Origin: Psilocybe cubensis
Taxonomy: Eukaryota
Assembly (NCBI GenBank): GCA_017499595.2
Contig: CM039001.1
Location: forward strand, 1,674,001-1,738,000
Length of the DNA: 64,000 bases
Reading direction: 5' to 3'
The notes beneath the pieces are model-generated. The model saw nothing but the letters and a program-made list of their open reading frames with translations, made no database searches and was not told the origin of the DNA. The translations under genes were made by a program, and so were the position numbers. Positions 25,915 to 38,604 of the stretch are shown piece after piece. Within the stretch, counting starts at the first letter, position 1. Each line of letters opens with the position of its first letter.

Positions 25915-26786
25915 CTACTCATCGTCCATTTCTTCGATCTTTGCGTTGAGAATCTTGACGATTCCACTCATCTTCTCCACCTCTTTGGCGACAGATGCCT
26001 GGACGCGCTTCATCGAGGCCTCAATGTCATTAACGGCTTTGACGAGCTGAAGACGCGTAGGCCCCTTGGCGACCCGGCGCTTCTTGTTATGCCTAGTCCC
26101 GGAGTCGTGTTCTTCTTCAACAGTGCTGCCTTCTCCGTCGAGATCGTGGTTGTCTACCGCGCCGTTTTGCGGAGCGCTTGCTGGCGCCTTGCGCTTTGAC
26201 GGAAGTTGAGAAGGCGCAGCACCCTTGCCAGCCGGGGCTTTCGCGCCCGCCGTTTCCGCGGGCCTCTTGGGAGCAGCTATTCACGGGCAAGAGATCAGAC
26301 CAAGGCGCTGAGAGAACGAGCAAAATGAAGACGTACGTGCGGGCTTGGGAGCAGTGGTTGCGCTTTTACGAGGAGGCCCGGAGCTGTTGGAGCACTTTTG
26401 CTTCAACCGTTTGCAGTATTCGCATCGGGAACCCGCCACTCCCTTGCAGGGCTTGCCGGTGCGCGCGCAGCGGTCGCAGGGCTTTGGCGCGTTTGGTATG
26501 TTTGTCTAAATGGTGAGGTGTAAGGGATCTAGCGAGTGAAACTGGGCGCAGATGGGGCACCCACCGTAGTAGCTGCTGCTGCTGCCGCTGCAGGCTTGGG
26601 AGCGGGAGCCGGCGGGGGCTGATTGTCCAACTCGTCTCCTTCAGCATCTGCGTCGGCGTCATCGGGGTCTTCCTCTACTGGCTTGCGGTTGTGCTTGTGG
26701 GAGGCGGGTGGGACAGCGGGGTTCTCTCTGACGCGCGATGTCGCGGGGGGTACGATCTCGAGACTAGCGCTCCTGGACTTGGACAT
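25915..26786 (-). CDS. Small (~250 aa) Zn(II)2Cys6-cluster protein with NLS and C-terminal coiled coil, three exons
   Basis: Exon 2 (absent from the ORF track) encodes CDRCARTGKPCKGVAGSRCEYCKRLKQKC at 26392-26478; in-frame GT-AG joins; KKRRV NLS; ends AKIEEMDDE*. Confidence 0.8.
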
Positions 26787-27275
26787 GGTAGAGGAGTAAG
26801 TAAATACAAAGGGGGACAGCGGGGGACTGAAAGGGAGCGGTGGTCGACAAAGGGAAAGCGCACTTTGTCTGGCGGGCGGGAGTGGCAGAAGAATGAAGGG
26901 CGCTTTGGGAAGAGAACAAAGCGTGCGTCAATGTCATTTTATTACGTAAGCCACTCATCGGTCACATCACATCACACTTGCACTGACGCACTCTGGACGC
27001 CAAGACAGTCATGGGCGCCAACTGGGACCCACTACTCCTATGATTTTCTGCTCCAAGTCTTCTCGCGAGTCTTCTCCAGAGCGCCCAGTCTGCTCGCTGC
27101 TCAACACCTCAAGTCGCCGTCGGTCAGATCCAGCAGATTGGAAAAACACACCGTCTTTGGCAAGCGCGAGAATGGACTCTCCGCGAAAAGTGGATTCCAC
27201 GTGTCGTGTCAAAAGAATCTCTCTTGTTTCCACATGTACAAAATTAAAGTTACCGCAAACATCCTCCGTCCGCCG

Positions 27276-30200
27276 TTAAGCTTCTTTGTCAACAAACGCC
27301 CCTTCTTCCTCGCTCCAGCCAAACGTCTCGGGCGCAATCCCCAGCTGCAGCAACATCGTTCCCAGTGTCGGCTGTCTTCCTTCTTCCTCTCTCGGGCTCT
27401 CTGCACTCTCAGATGCCTGCCTTTCCTCTTCTCCAACCGGCACCACATCCCAGCCCCAGTTCCTGTCCTTCTCCTCCTCGCCTTTTGTCTTCTTTGCCTC
27501 TCGTCCTTCATCCCATCCCCAGCTCTCTTCCACTGCCCGTTTCTTTCCCTTCTTGTCATCTTCTGCTGCGTTCGCGTTGTCCTTCACCGCGTCCCATACC
27601 TCCCAGGCAACCTCCTTACCAGCCTCAGACCACTTGTTCACAAGTCCTTCGAGAACTTCTTCTTGCACGTCTTCTCTGACTTTCAGCGCCCGCCTCAGAA
27701 GCTGCAGCTTTCGTTCCAAAGACTGGATTGTAGGCGTCAACCTCACAAGCGCCGCTTCGTCTGCTGTTGTTGACGACGAGGCAAGCGGCGATTTGAATTG
27801 TGAGGACGCCCTTGCAGTCCTGTGCTTTATCTTCGTATCCGCTGGCTGAGACGAAGATGAAGCAGCAGCGGCGTTTGGTACCTTCGCCGTCTCCGCCGCC
27901 GCATCTTTGAGAATTGCCGAGTTGGCGGATGATATTAGTGGCCCAGATGATGGTGTCGGCGGCTTTGGGGCTAAGCGAACAGGGGCGTGTATGACAGGTG
28001 AACGAAATGGTCTCGAAAGTTTCTTTTGCTGTTGTTTGACTCCAGCCAGTGTGGGGCGTTTGGGGTTGGGCACCACATTCTTTGGTACTACCTGTCGATT
28101 TTGTGCCGAACTCGATTTGGCTTCAATAACAGGTGGAGGTGGACGTATAGGTGGGTTACTGGGTCCAGGTACCGGTAGATCAACCTCAGACGCAGTAAGG
28201 TTGAGTTCAGGTGGGGGGTATTGCTCGACATGCTTGGGGGGTTCGGCCGTTGCATCTAAAAAGTCCTGAACAAATGTTGGGGGAACCAGGGCACCCGATA
28301 TCGAACTCATATGGTGTTGCGGATTTATATGTTGTTGAGGAGCAGGCAGTGGAAAGAAGTCATTGGATATATGCTAATAACACCTCAATGCCATGATAAT
28401 TTGGATGAAAGCATCAATCAACGCACTGGATTCATATTGCGGTAAGGCCCATGGTCCAAAGGGTAATGAGAATAGGCGGTGTATGTTTGCTCCGTGTAGA
28501 AATCCTTAATTATCGTAAATGAGTGGTAAAGGGGCACTATCTCTATCGCATACCTCTTCAACACCTTCGGAAAGTGTTTGACTATATTCTTCGGGAACCG
28601 TTGGTGACGAGGTGGGAGGGGTCTGAATAGACCTATCCATGGGATTTGAGCTGGAGATCGGGCTTGAACTTTGCAAATAGTTTGAAGTCATCGATGGGGA
28701 TGGCGGAGGCGAAGAACTAACAAGCTCTTGTATACCCACGACATCCGTTCTAAAGTCCTAGGGAGATCAAAGAAGTGTGAAAATTTCTCTTCTCGGGAAT
28801 GCATACTGACATACCGGACTATGCGCTCGGACAATTGTCGCTGGTGTAAAATAAGGGTTTGATTGGGCACATTCAATATGCTCAAGTGGCGAAGACGAGG
28901 GAATGTCAGAGTGATGGGGGGCACAGCCCATGCCCATTTCTTCGTGAGATTGACCTGCTTGCTTTGTCGAGCGGAGCGTAGTATCAATATTGGTGGTATC
29001 AGGGCCTTGGGCCGATAAATTAGACGCATTTTGAATCAGATTTTGAGTTGAGCGTACCTGAAATCGCCAAGCCACGAATCGCAGATGAGCTCGAGGTATC
29101 CGGCCGATTCTCCAGACTTATGGAGAAGTCAACTTTCGCGTCTCTCTCCTTGTTCTCGGTCACTCCATTAAAGATCGTCCGTGGGAGAATGTCGTCAGAG
29201 TGACCCGCGGTGGATTTAAAACTCTCTCGCAATAAGCTAGGTAACCCTTCACAGGATTCAAAGTCAACCCGATGAGAAAATCCTGGGTGTTCCTGTAAAA
29301 CAAATGAGGAATTAAGCACCAGAGCCGAGATGTTGATAATAGACGAAGCAGTCCATACTACTCCCGAGCATGGTGGTTGCGATCGTTCCGGATCCATTTG
29401 AAAAGGTTGTCTCGTCAAATGTCCACTTTCAAGAGGGCTCGAGGAGCGTTTATTCTCAAGCGTAGCAGGCGGCGATTCGACACAAGAGGTTTTGCGATAC
29501 ACTTGAGCTTCTCCGTATTGGAGCAGGCTAGACTCAGAAATTATTTTATGCATGCGCAACGCAAGGTTTTCCTATTCAACGAAGCGAAACCCTCATGTGA
29601 GTGGGGTTTACGACATTGAACAGAAATGTAGAGCATACATGGCTAGGATCCAGAGAACCCTCGGCAGCTGGCGAGTCGGATTTTCAGGAAGTTAGTCTGT
29701 CAGCACGTACGATTGAAAATAAGAATATTCCGCTGACAGATCGAAAGCAACGCATCAGGCCGACGTAGTGCAACCTGATCTGCGTAGTCATCGTCTGACA
29801 AGGAAGAGCCGCATTTTAGCATTCAAATACTCCGACATAGTCTCCTTCAAGAGCCATGCTTAACCTTGTGAGGTAGGTGGTCCATGGCCAACAATCTAGA
29901 TTGATATCTCCTTGAAGCATCGAAGGGCAGGAACGTAAGGGCAACATACCTTATCTGATTCACTATCGGAGTCAGAACTTGGATTCGATCTACCTGAATC
30001 AGCAGGACAGGTCCATAAGGTCACAGAGCTAGAGGTTAGGTCTTCTTTTTTAAAACACGGAGCAGGATAAGACTGAGTGTATATGCATGATAGTTGTGAG
30101 ACGGAGTGCGCATATACTCAATTTGGAAAATTACTTCTGAAGGCGTCAACGCTTCATGACAAGTTCCAATTTTAATGCCAGAGATGCTATGAGAGGTCAT
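27276..30200 (-). CDS. SFR1: Sfr1/Mei5-like recombination mediator with a long disordered N-terminus, about ten exons
   Basis: C-terminal LVNKWSEAGKEVAWEVW...TLGTMLLQLGIAPETFGWSEEEGAFVD resembles the Mei5/Sfr1 domain; upstream ORFs join in frame through GT-AG introns back to ATG 30200 (MTSHSISGIK). Confidence 0.7.
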
Positions 30201-32089
30201 AAGAAATGTGTAGAAGCGGTGACGACCGGGAGATGGGTTTCAATATGTCAAGAATTGTCCAGAGAAAACAGCTGGCAGTTAACAGAGCCACTTTAGGTTG
30301 TTCGTTCAGATCCTTTGGAAGGAGTTCGGTAGACAATTGTGCAAATAGCACCGTTTTAAAGACGTGGCAAAAGTATGAACTGTTCAGACGAGAGAATTTG
30401 AGCACCGAGATGGTAGGAAGCGAAAAAGATGCAAATGGTCAGTTAAAATCCACTGGCGCGTTTGGCAAGAAAGTCACAGGAGTGTGAGGGTCCTCCACGT
30501 GATAGCGTTACTAACGCGAGAGGTCTAATTTTAGCTTGACGCGCAGCACTCATGGAAAACGATAACGACGCGACCAATCCGGGTGAAATATTTGGATAAC
30601 TCGTATATGAAGCTATAATATAGCTAATGTATAATCGTTAGAAAGTGTATCTGTATTCTTACTGCAACACTGACATGACTTTGTATTAGCTTAATAGTTT
30701 TCCTACTTGTTCATCTCAGATTGTTCAAGTTCATTGCATGGAAAGTCATAACCAGATTAGGATATCTATCGAGAAGAGCATAAATAGCCACTGAAGGTAA
30801 ATTCGGTCGTCTCGAGGGAGAGAATTGTATAATTATAAGGCACACGTGGTGCAAAGGTGAGTTCTAAGCCGGCGGATTAGTCCATATCGACAGACTTGAG
30901 CGACGACTGCGGGATCCTAATTCTCCAATATATCGGTTGCATGCGTTGTTTCAAAGAAATATCTACTGTATGAGTAATATAGTATTAATCGTTATAGAAG
31001 GACATGTTTGCTTTAGCATTGTTATGCCAGTGTGGGATGTAATGTTTCCGAATCGCAAGGTCTGCTATTTCCACAATACGAGTGAATATAATTACTTTTC
31101 AATCACGAGAGTCCTTCGAATGAGTGGAAAGCAAAAAGACACGTATTTTAAGAAGAAGATTCTGTCGACATGCTGGCGTCTGAAAGCCATGTCGAACGTG
31201 TCGTTTTGTTTGAAAAAAGATGGTATAGAATAAACTGACCATGGAACTAAAAAAACCGGGTTCTGTTTTTGCCAGTAATGGTCGCTTGAACAGCGATAAC
31301 ATGGTAAAAGGGATAACCACGCCTATAATATGTTAATTTTGCTCATTTGCATCCAAGACTTGAATACTATCCAAGCTAACCTTGCCCAACCTACTCAAAA
31401 CAAAATCCTGACTACATTGAGATTTTGTTCACAATGTTGGTTGTCTTGCGAGTTATTTTGCGATAATTATATCACACCGCTCATTTCGACTGCAAATATC
31501 TAAAGACATCGCGGGCCGCGGACTAGGACATCATTGTGAAAAATTCATCCCATGATACCTGGAAATTTCACTATCCGGTTTCAAACTGTGGATTTCCCCA
31601 TTTTGCGGGGTCTCTGTGAGCCATCTATTTCGAAGCATCCTCAAAATAGCACCAACAACTTTCAATGAACTTGAATTTCGAGAAGTTGTATAGAGAGGTT
31701 GTGCATGTCGATCAATTACTCCGATAATTATTGATCATTTGAATTGTCGGACAGTCTGCTAATGTCATTTCCTACCATGGAGACCTTCGCTGGACCATCG
31801 GGATGGAGAAAAGCCCACGTTGAGTGCGGAGAATATAAAGTAGACAATAACGCGTCGCCAGAGCTGAACTTGAGTCCGCTAGTATTTGTTGGACGCCAGA
31901 ATGGAATGGATGTCATGTCCGGAGGATCTGATATAATCCTAGCAAGCGCTGGATTCCTGATTTCTGTCCCTGTGGTTGCCTCGAAATAGATATCTATTAT
32001 CTCCAAGTTTGTAACAAGATTATATCGTGGTTTTACAAGTGACAAAACGGAAAGACCCGCCGAAAGAACAAGGAAAGGCAGATTTAGCT

Positions 32090-32806
32090 TTATCTTCTTC
32101 CTGTTTGTACTCGCACACGAGGGTCGCCTTTTTCTTGTCGTTTACGGAGTTTTTCCTGTCTTTTGCTTCCTACAGGCTCTTTTTCCGTGGTGCTTTCCGC
32201 GGGACCGCCGGACCCTTTTCCCAGAACCAAAGGTGAGATCACAGATGTCCATAGCTTAAACACAGCGTATAAGGGAATCTGGGATGCCTATCAGAAATAC
32301 AAACTTGGGAGGGTTGTAGTCACTCACAATCATGTACAACCACCAAAACCATTCGCCAAATGCCCCACTACCAATTTGACATGCCCCTGAATTGCGTAGA
32401 ATTGTAGATTTCAAAAAGTTAGTAAGTAAACATGACACTCACAAGTGATGTATAGAATATCAAAGCACCATTCTGTTACTCCAGGCTGACTTAAATCTTC
32501 GCCAGAGGATATTAAAGTGCCGGTTGTTGGATCGCGCCGAGGTGAGCCTTGCTTGATGAGATAATTGGAAAGGAAGAACGCCGGAAAGAAAGTGACTATA
32601 TAGATAGCCAATGACCCTTTAGAAGGGGGAAGAGAACTCTTTCTAAATAGGAAACGAAGCACAAGGGAGAGGAGGGTAGGCAATATCATGCCGAGCCTCA
32701 GAGTTTTCACAGTCGATTCATTTTGATTTGCTATTCATTCAGTTGAATCGTATGAGTATACAGAGATTGTGGGCTCACCAATTCTTTTCCCGCTGGCATT
32801 TGCCAT
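32090..32806 (-). CDS. SND2: SRP-independent ER targeting protein Snd2/TMEM208 (DUF788)
   Basis: MANASGKRIANQN, LISSGEDLSQPGVTEWCFDILYITW, WFWWLYMIIPLYAVFKLW, SKRQEKLRKR tail. Confidence 0.9.
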
Positions 32807-32968
32807 CGTTTTGAAAAACTGTAGAGACGAGTCACTGGTGTAACTTGGGAAGTTGAACTCGAGGCCGCGACGGCAACTGACCTGTTTTCAATTTCATTTA
32901 CATCACGTGACCAAAATCTCATGAAATCACTCGTTCTTACGCTCAAACCTGCAATCTATCCTCTAACA

Positions 32969-35629
32969 ATGGCAAGCACTGAAGGGTCTCCAATACAATC
33001 CGATTCTTCTAATACGCACGCGCGTCCACAAACTAAGACTACCAGATTACTTGTGCAAGATGCTTTAGAGGTGAACAAACGACTCCAACTGATACTCACA
33101 GAACGCGCCGAACAATTAGAAAGGGAACTAAAAGAGGCGGACCTACTTTTGGTGAGTTTTCAAGCCGCTTTATTGAACTGAGTTCTAAAGACTGTCATAG
33201 GACGCATCTAATGCTGATGAAGGAGATGAGGATCCAGAGCCCGAGGTCCTAATACCTGGCGCGAAGAAGGCCACAGCTCCAATCCCATCCAGCGAGTTTC
33301 TCAGTGAGGTACCTCCCACCAAGTAATCTCAATCAAGATATAACCTCACATTACCGCTCAGTCATCCCCTTTTTATGTTGAATCCATAAAACGGACTGCA
33401 TACATCGCCAACATTACTCCACATCCAAGTAGGTCAAGATCAATATTCCTAGCAAGCTAAAACTAAACAAATATGTGTTTTAGTGAAGGCAAAGGAATTA
33501 GAGGCGCTGGCTTCCGCCGTACGTCAGGAGAATGAACGCCTGCAGGCTTACTCGCGCTTACGATCTGAGTGAGCGTCGTCGCGTTTTTTGTCCCAATTTT
33601 AACTTAGAAGATTTCAGTACTGGATCACACACTGAAATCGACCTCATCAACAATGTTGAAGGATTAGATTGGACTAGGATCGCCGAAAAGGTATGCGACG
33701 TGAAATCCTTGTTAAATCAAAACCTATAATAAATGCAAGGCAGGTTTCCAGTTCATCAACAGTAAAAAGAACCCCAACAGAATGCCGTATAACTTGGATT
33801 GGAGACCGACATCCTCGCATTAACCATGCTGAATGGACATCTGCAGAAGTCGGAAATCTCAATGCCATTGTTTCGGAATACGTTAAACTGAAAAAGCCAT
33901 TGGACTGGGTCAAAGTGGCGGAAACGCTCGGGGTACGCTTAGACTTTTGTATGGTGGGCAACTTCAGGCACTTAGATGTTTTCCAGACAAATCGCACGCC
34001 AATTGATTGTATGAGACACGGTCTTCCCCCTCATCGTCATAATTGGACACCAGAGGCAGACCAAAAGCTCATTAAAGCCGTACAAACATGTGGAATTGAT
34101 AATTGGCAACTGGGTACGCCCACGCATCATCATGTTGATATGTTTATCTCAAAAATTGCCTATTTATATAGTGGCTAGAAATGTTTCTGAATACGCCACT
34201 GCCGGTCAATGCCAAGGCCGTTGGCAGAAGACTCTCAATCCGGCCTTAAGACGGGGAGCTTGGACAGAAGAAGAGGATGAACTGTTGCGAAAGGCAGTGG
34301 CTGGGTACGGGAAATCATGGGCGCAGGTATCAACAGCTATTCCTGGAAGAACAAACGACCAGTGTCGAGAACGTTGGACCGAGCATGTCAATCTTTCCTC
34401 GGTCAAGATAACCTGGTCCGAGGCGGAAGACAAGCAATTAATTGAACTAGTAGAAGAGCTTGGGAAACAATGGAAATCCATCAGCCTCAAAATTGGAGGT
34501 AACAAGACCGGCCAAAATGTAGGTCGTTGGTTTTTTTTCATTGTACTCAACCATTCTCAAATTTCGTCAGTGTCGAATGCGCTATGATAAATTGAAAAGG
34601 CCTACCAATTCTAAAGGCAAGACGAAACGAAGTTCTTCTCTGTCGGTCGTGAATTATGTAGGCCCCATTTCCAATGAAGCCGGCCCTAGTCGACTATCGT
34701 CCGTTGAAAGCTCTGCGCCAGGCATTTCCACAATAACGTTTTCAACAAATTTAGGGCAACATTCTTTTTCTCAAACACCAGAACCATCCCGTTCAAAAAC
34801 CGCTACCGTCGACACAAATCCTCCCAGACCACAATCCGTCATACAGAGTCCCACTACCGAGGAATCCGTTCCGCCGGTTGAAGCTCGTGGTGGTCCAACT
34901 TCTGCTGTCGAATCTACCGACCCGGAGCATGCCGATTCCAATCAGCTTTCTAGCCTCTCTGAATCTGAAAGTGCTCCCAGAAAACGAACAAAGGCGGTCA
35001 AAGTGTCTGTACCCGATGTGACACAATCTGGAGAGGTGGCCCCATCGACGAAACCTCGGCCTAAGCCTCGTCCAAGGGTTTCCAAAAAGGCAGCTGCAGA
35101 AACACCAGACCCGGCAACTGTATCAGAGGACAATAATTCAAATGTAAATTTTACCCCTACTTCTTCGACGAACGTTTTCAAACCGGCGACTTCCAAACCC
35201 GCGAAGCCTGCAGGTGTGACGCGAGGGAGAAAACGAAAGAACGCGGATGATGCGGGCCCTGTGGTAGATAAGCCACCTCAAAAGAAGTTCAGGACATCAA
35301 AAAATGGTGACAAACAAGCATCGGCCAGTACGGCGGCGATATCCACAGAACCTTCAAATAACACAACAGAACAACAGACTGAATCGACTCCAATGAACAT
35401 GAGAACGGATACTGCATCGCGCAGCGGTGACCTTGATGATAACGTATCTGACAGTTCATTAGCACCTTCTGGTATTCAAGAAACCTCGCCACTCAGACGG
35501 GGACGTTCTCGTAAGTTGGTATCCGAGAATAAGGGCGAAGCAACTATTCCATCCCATTCAACTGCGCCTGCTGATTTAACACCGAAAAGACCACGCGGCC
35601 GTCCTCGTAAGGTGCAAGCCTCCGGATAG
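32969..35629 (+). CDS. Multi-repeat Myb protein, SNAPC4/SNAP190-like, with C-terminal AT-hook
   Basis: N-terminal coiled coil (ALEVNKRLQ..), one half plus four Myb repeats (LDWTRIA..CRITW; WTSAE; WTPEAD; WTEEED..GRTNDQCRERW; WSEAED); tail KRPRGRPRK. Confidence 0.7.
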
Positions 35630-35804
35630 ATAGAAACTTGATTTATGCGAGTAGTAATCAATTATTTCAGATGGCATTCTCATAGGTCTGGAGTTGAACG
35701 TAAACCTGAATTATATATTACACTATATTGGACTACTTTGTGAAGTGGAAGCAAGATTAACGGGTAAACAATGAGAGCATGGCACTCGTGAATAAGGGAG
35801 ACAT

Positions 35805-36773
35805 TTATTTGGCACCGACCTTCCATCTTTTCCTTGGTTGGACGTTCATCTCCCAGTTGACGATATGACCGAGGAGTTCGCCGTCTTCTTGATTCATGTT
35901 ATCCTCTGTGGCGAGGAGAAGATTTTGGAGCGATTCTTGAACAAGAGCAGCTGTTTTTAGTTTCTTCTCAAGTGACGGTAGGGCGGCTTTCTTTGGAGGC
36001 GATGCCTGTGAAGCGAGAAAAATGAGAAGAGAGTCAAATCCGAGGATCGAGAAAGAGTGCGTACGGGAGTTTGAAGGTAAGTATGCTTGGGTGGGAGATT
36101 TGGAAAGTAGGGAGGCAGATTCCTGAGAGTGGTAGGAGTATTCGTGGGGGCATCTTCATCGTCTGAGGGAAGAAGTTGAGGCGAAGGAGAACGAGAAGGT
36201 GGGGGAATAAGGGTTGCAGGCTTTGCGATGTTCTTGTCGGCTGCTAAAACATTGGGGTATCAAGGATTGGAATGATAGCAAGGAGAAGAAAAGACGTACA
36301 TCGCTTCCTCTTGGACGTGGCTTTCTTGGTCTGGTAGAGTTCTTTGGGAGGAATGTCAAAGTCCTCACAGGCTAGCAAGACATCCGAGGCGATCGCACTG
36401 GCGCGGTTTGCGAGATTAGCATACTCATGGGCGCGTTGGAATAGCTGTTGGACAACTGAACATGGTGAAAAGGACACATCAACCACGGAGAAAGGTGGAA
36501 CATACATGTTGCTACTTCGACCTCGAGACGCTCAAGGGCAGGCTGTACGGCCCTCTCAAAGCCAGCATTCTGGAGCTCGAGAGTAACGAGTCTTTGTATG
36601 GCTTTTGAAGCTACGCGGGGGGTGACGGAGGGCTCAGGAGGATCCTGGTGGAACTCTGCTGGATCGAGCTTCTGGGGCAGCTGTTGCTGGAAGGGGGGAT
36701 AGTAGGCCATTGGAGTAGCAGCGGGAGTTGCAGGAGAGGGATAGTGGTTGGGATAATGGCCAGATTGGTACAT
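35805..36773 (-). CDS. TAF8: TFIID subunit Taf8 (bromodomain-associated histone fold plus TAF8_C)
   Basis: LQNAGFERAVQPALERL..AHEYANLANR histone-fold/BTP region, LPPYFPNLPPKHTYLQTP, VQESLQNL. Confidence 0.85.
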
Positions 36774-36864
36774 GTCCAACACTTGTGAGAGTTTGCGGTC
36801 AACTAGGTCCGATCGCGAGTCAATTATCAGCCGCACCCGCTTATCTACTTTGCTCACTCATCTT

Positions 36865-37620
36865 ATGCCTCCAACTGCTGCAGAGTACGCCGCCAGACAG
36901 GAGATCCCCGTCGCTCAAGTTCAGTCTCGTGCTCCACGTCCAACCATCGTTGGCCCCGACACTCTCGAGCAGCCCTTTCCAATATACTTGGTTGGCCCTG
37001 TCCAGAAGGGCTTTGGTCGTGGCGGAAAGGATCTCGGTTGTCCCACCGGTTCGTGTCCTTCCTTGTCGCTATATCTCATTCGTTCAATTCTGCTCTTAGC
37101 AAATCTACCCGACGACTCAATCACACCAATAAGTTCAGTCGCAAAGACCGGTGTATACTACGGCTATGCTCAGGTTCTTCCTCCTCAAGACCACTTGAGT
37201 GATTTCCACAATGCCGATCTCAAAGTCTTGCCCATGGTCATGAGCCTAGGATGGAACCCATTTTACAAGAACAAGGTGCTCACTGCTGTAAGTATCCCCC
37301 TGCGTTGTGTCGCCCATCCCTCATGGTCAGAAATTAGGAAATTCACATCATGCACAACTTCAAGTCCGACTTCTACGGCTATGAAATGAGAGCCGTCGTG
37401 TTGGGCTATATTCGCCCAGAGCTCGACTACATATCAAGAGGTTGGCTGTTCATCCTTGTCCCCTTGTCACCAATTCACACTCTTTGCAGAGGCGTTGATC
37501 GAGGATATCGAAATTGACAAACAGGTCGCTCTCAACTGCCTACAACGACCGGCATACCAGATATACGCCAACGATAGCCATTTCCAAATACCAGAGTCAG
37601 AGTTCAAGGCGAGCATGTAG
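36865..37620 (+). CDS. FMN1: Riboflavin kinase
   Basis: GPVQKGFGRGGKDLGCPTANL, GVYYGYA, MVMSLGWNPFYKN, EIHIMHNFKSDFYG, GYIRPELDY, LIEDIEID. Confidence 0.95.
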
Positions 37621-37788
37621 ACTTTTAATGATATTCTAGACATAGAACCGTGATGAGGTCGAGCGCGGCGTGTTGTATAGCTCATACCACTGGTATTAGA
37701 TGACAGGACTCCAACATAATCTTGACACATATTAGACATTAGCAGAATATCTAGGATTGGATCTAGACAAGGGAACCCACAATAATAA

Positions 37789-38454
37789 TTAGCCTCTTCT
37801 GGCCTTCTTTGCTCTCGTTCCTCCGATTTTTATTGGTGTCCGATCTGTGACCCGAGAAATAAGAGGCCGGATTGGATCACCTTCAGCTGCCAATAAAGCT
37901 GTTTTCATAGCTTCCCGTCCTTCACCAAAGCCCTTGAAGAACAGTTGCAACTTGAAATTTTCGTGGCCATGATAATACTCCAGGATTCTGCCGAAAATGT
38001 GTTTGGCACATTGATAGCCAGCTTCAAACTTTGCACGGTTGGCCTTTTTGAATTTGTTTTCAGTGCTTCCACCAGAGCACCACGCAATAGTAGAGCCGTC
38101 TGGTTTGGTGAATGTGACAATGGTGTTATTGCGAGAAGAACGGCAGTGCAGTTTGTATTCTGGGAGCTCTGCTCTTGTTGCTGCACGAGGGGGCTGGTTA
38201 TACCTTGAAGCAAGGCCTAACATGTTGGATTTTGCATAGAAACCACCGGCTGCGGTTGGCGGGCCATCGACCTGTGGAGGCTCAGCTATATTGAAGGGAG
38301 TCGCGCTGGCTGGCCCACTGTCTTCCTCAAGAAAGTCGGCTATGACAGGTCCGGCAGCATTCGCCCGCGAAGTTGATGAGAAGGAGGCAAAAAGGCGAGG
38401 ACATGTTCTGAGAGCGGAGCGGGTGGACGAAGAGGACGCTCTGAGGGCGAACAT
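37789..38454 (-). CDS. Mitochondrial ribosomal protein uS11m (yeast Mrps18-like), intronless
   Basis: Mitochondrial presequence; SSRNNTIVTFT, SGGS..FKKANR..EAGYQ, KGFGEGREA, DRTPIKIGGTRAKKARR. Confidence 0.9.
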   Translation of the reverse strand: MFALRASSSSTRSALRTCPRLFASFSSTSRANAAGPVIADFLEEDSGPASATPFNIAEPPQVDGPPTAAGGFYAKSNMLGLASRYNQPPRAATRAELPEYKLHCRSSRNNTIVTFTKPDGSTIAWCSGGSTENKFKKANRAKFEAGYQCAKHIFGRILEYYHGHENFKLQLFFKGFGEGREAMKTALLAAEGDPIRPLISRVTDRTPIKIGGTRAKKARRG

Positions 38455-38604
38455 GCTTTCACGCGAATCGATACATTCTCCGCCAATTCCAGACGCGACC
38501 TTTGGCCTTTAAACTCCGCTTGCCCTCTTCGGAAGTCGCCGGAAACGCCAACCGTGCTCGTTCCAGTGCGCACTCCGCACATACCTTACCGCACCTTTAT
38601 CGCG

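Noticed and set aside
26691-27849. 360-aa and 187-aa plus-strand ORFs
   Set aside because: Antisense to the Zn-cluster and SFR1-like genes; low-complexity mirror translations
30600-32045. Minus-strand exon-like fragments (MTSIPFWRP..., IIGVIDRHAQ..., VIPFTMLSLF...) suggesting an intron-rich gene or pseudogene
   Set aside because: The splice combinations I tried hit stops or needed poor splice sites; cannot be supported without RNA-seq or homology
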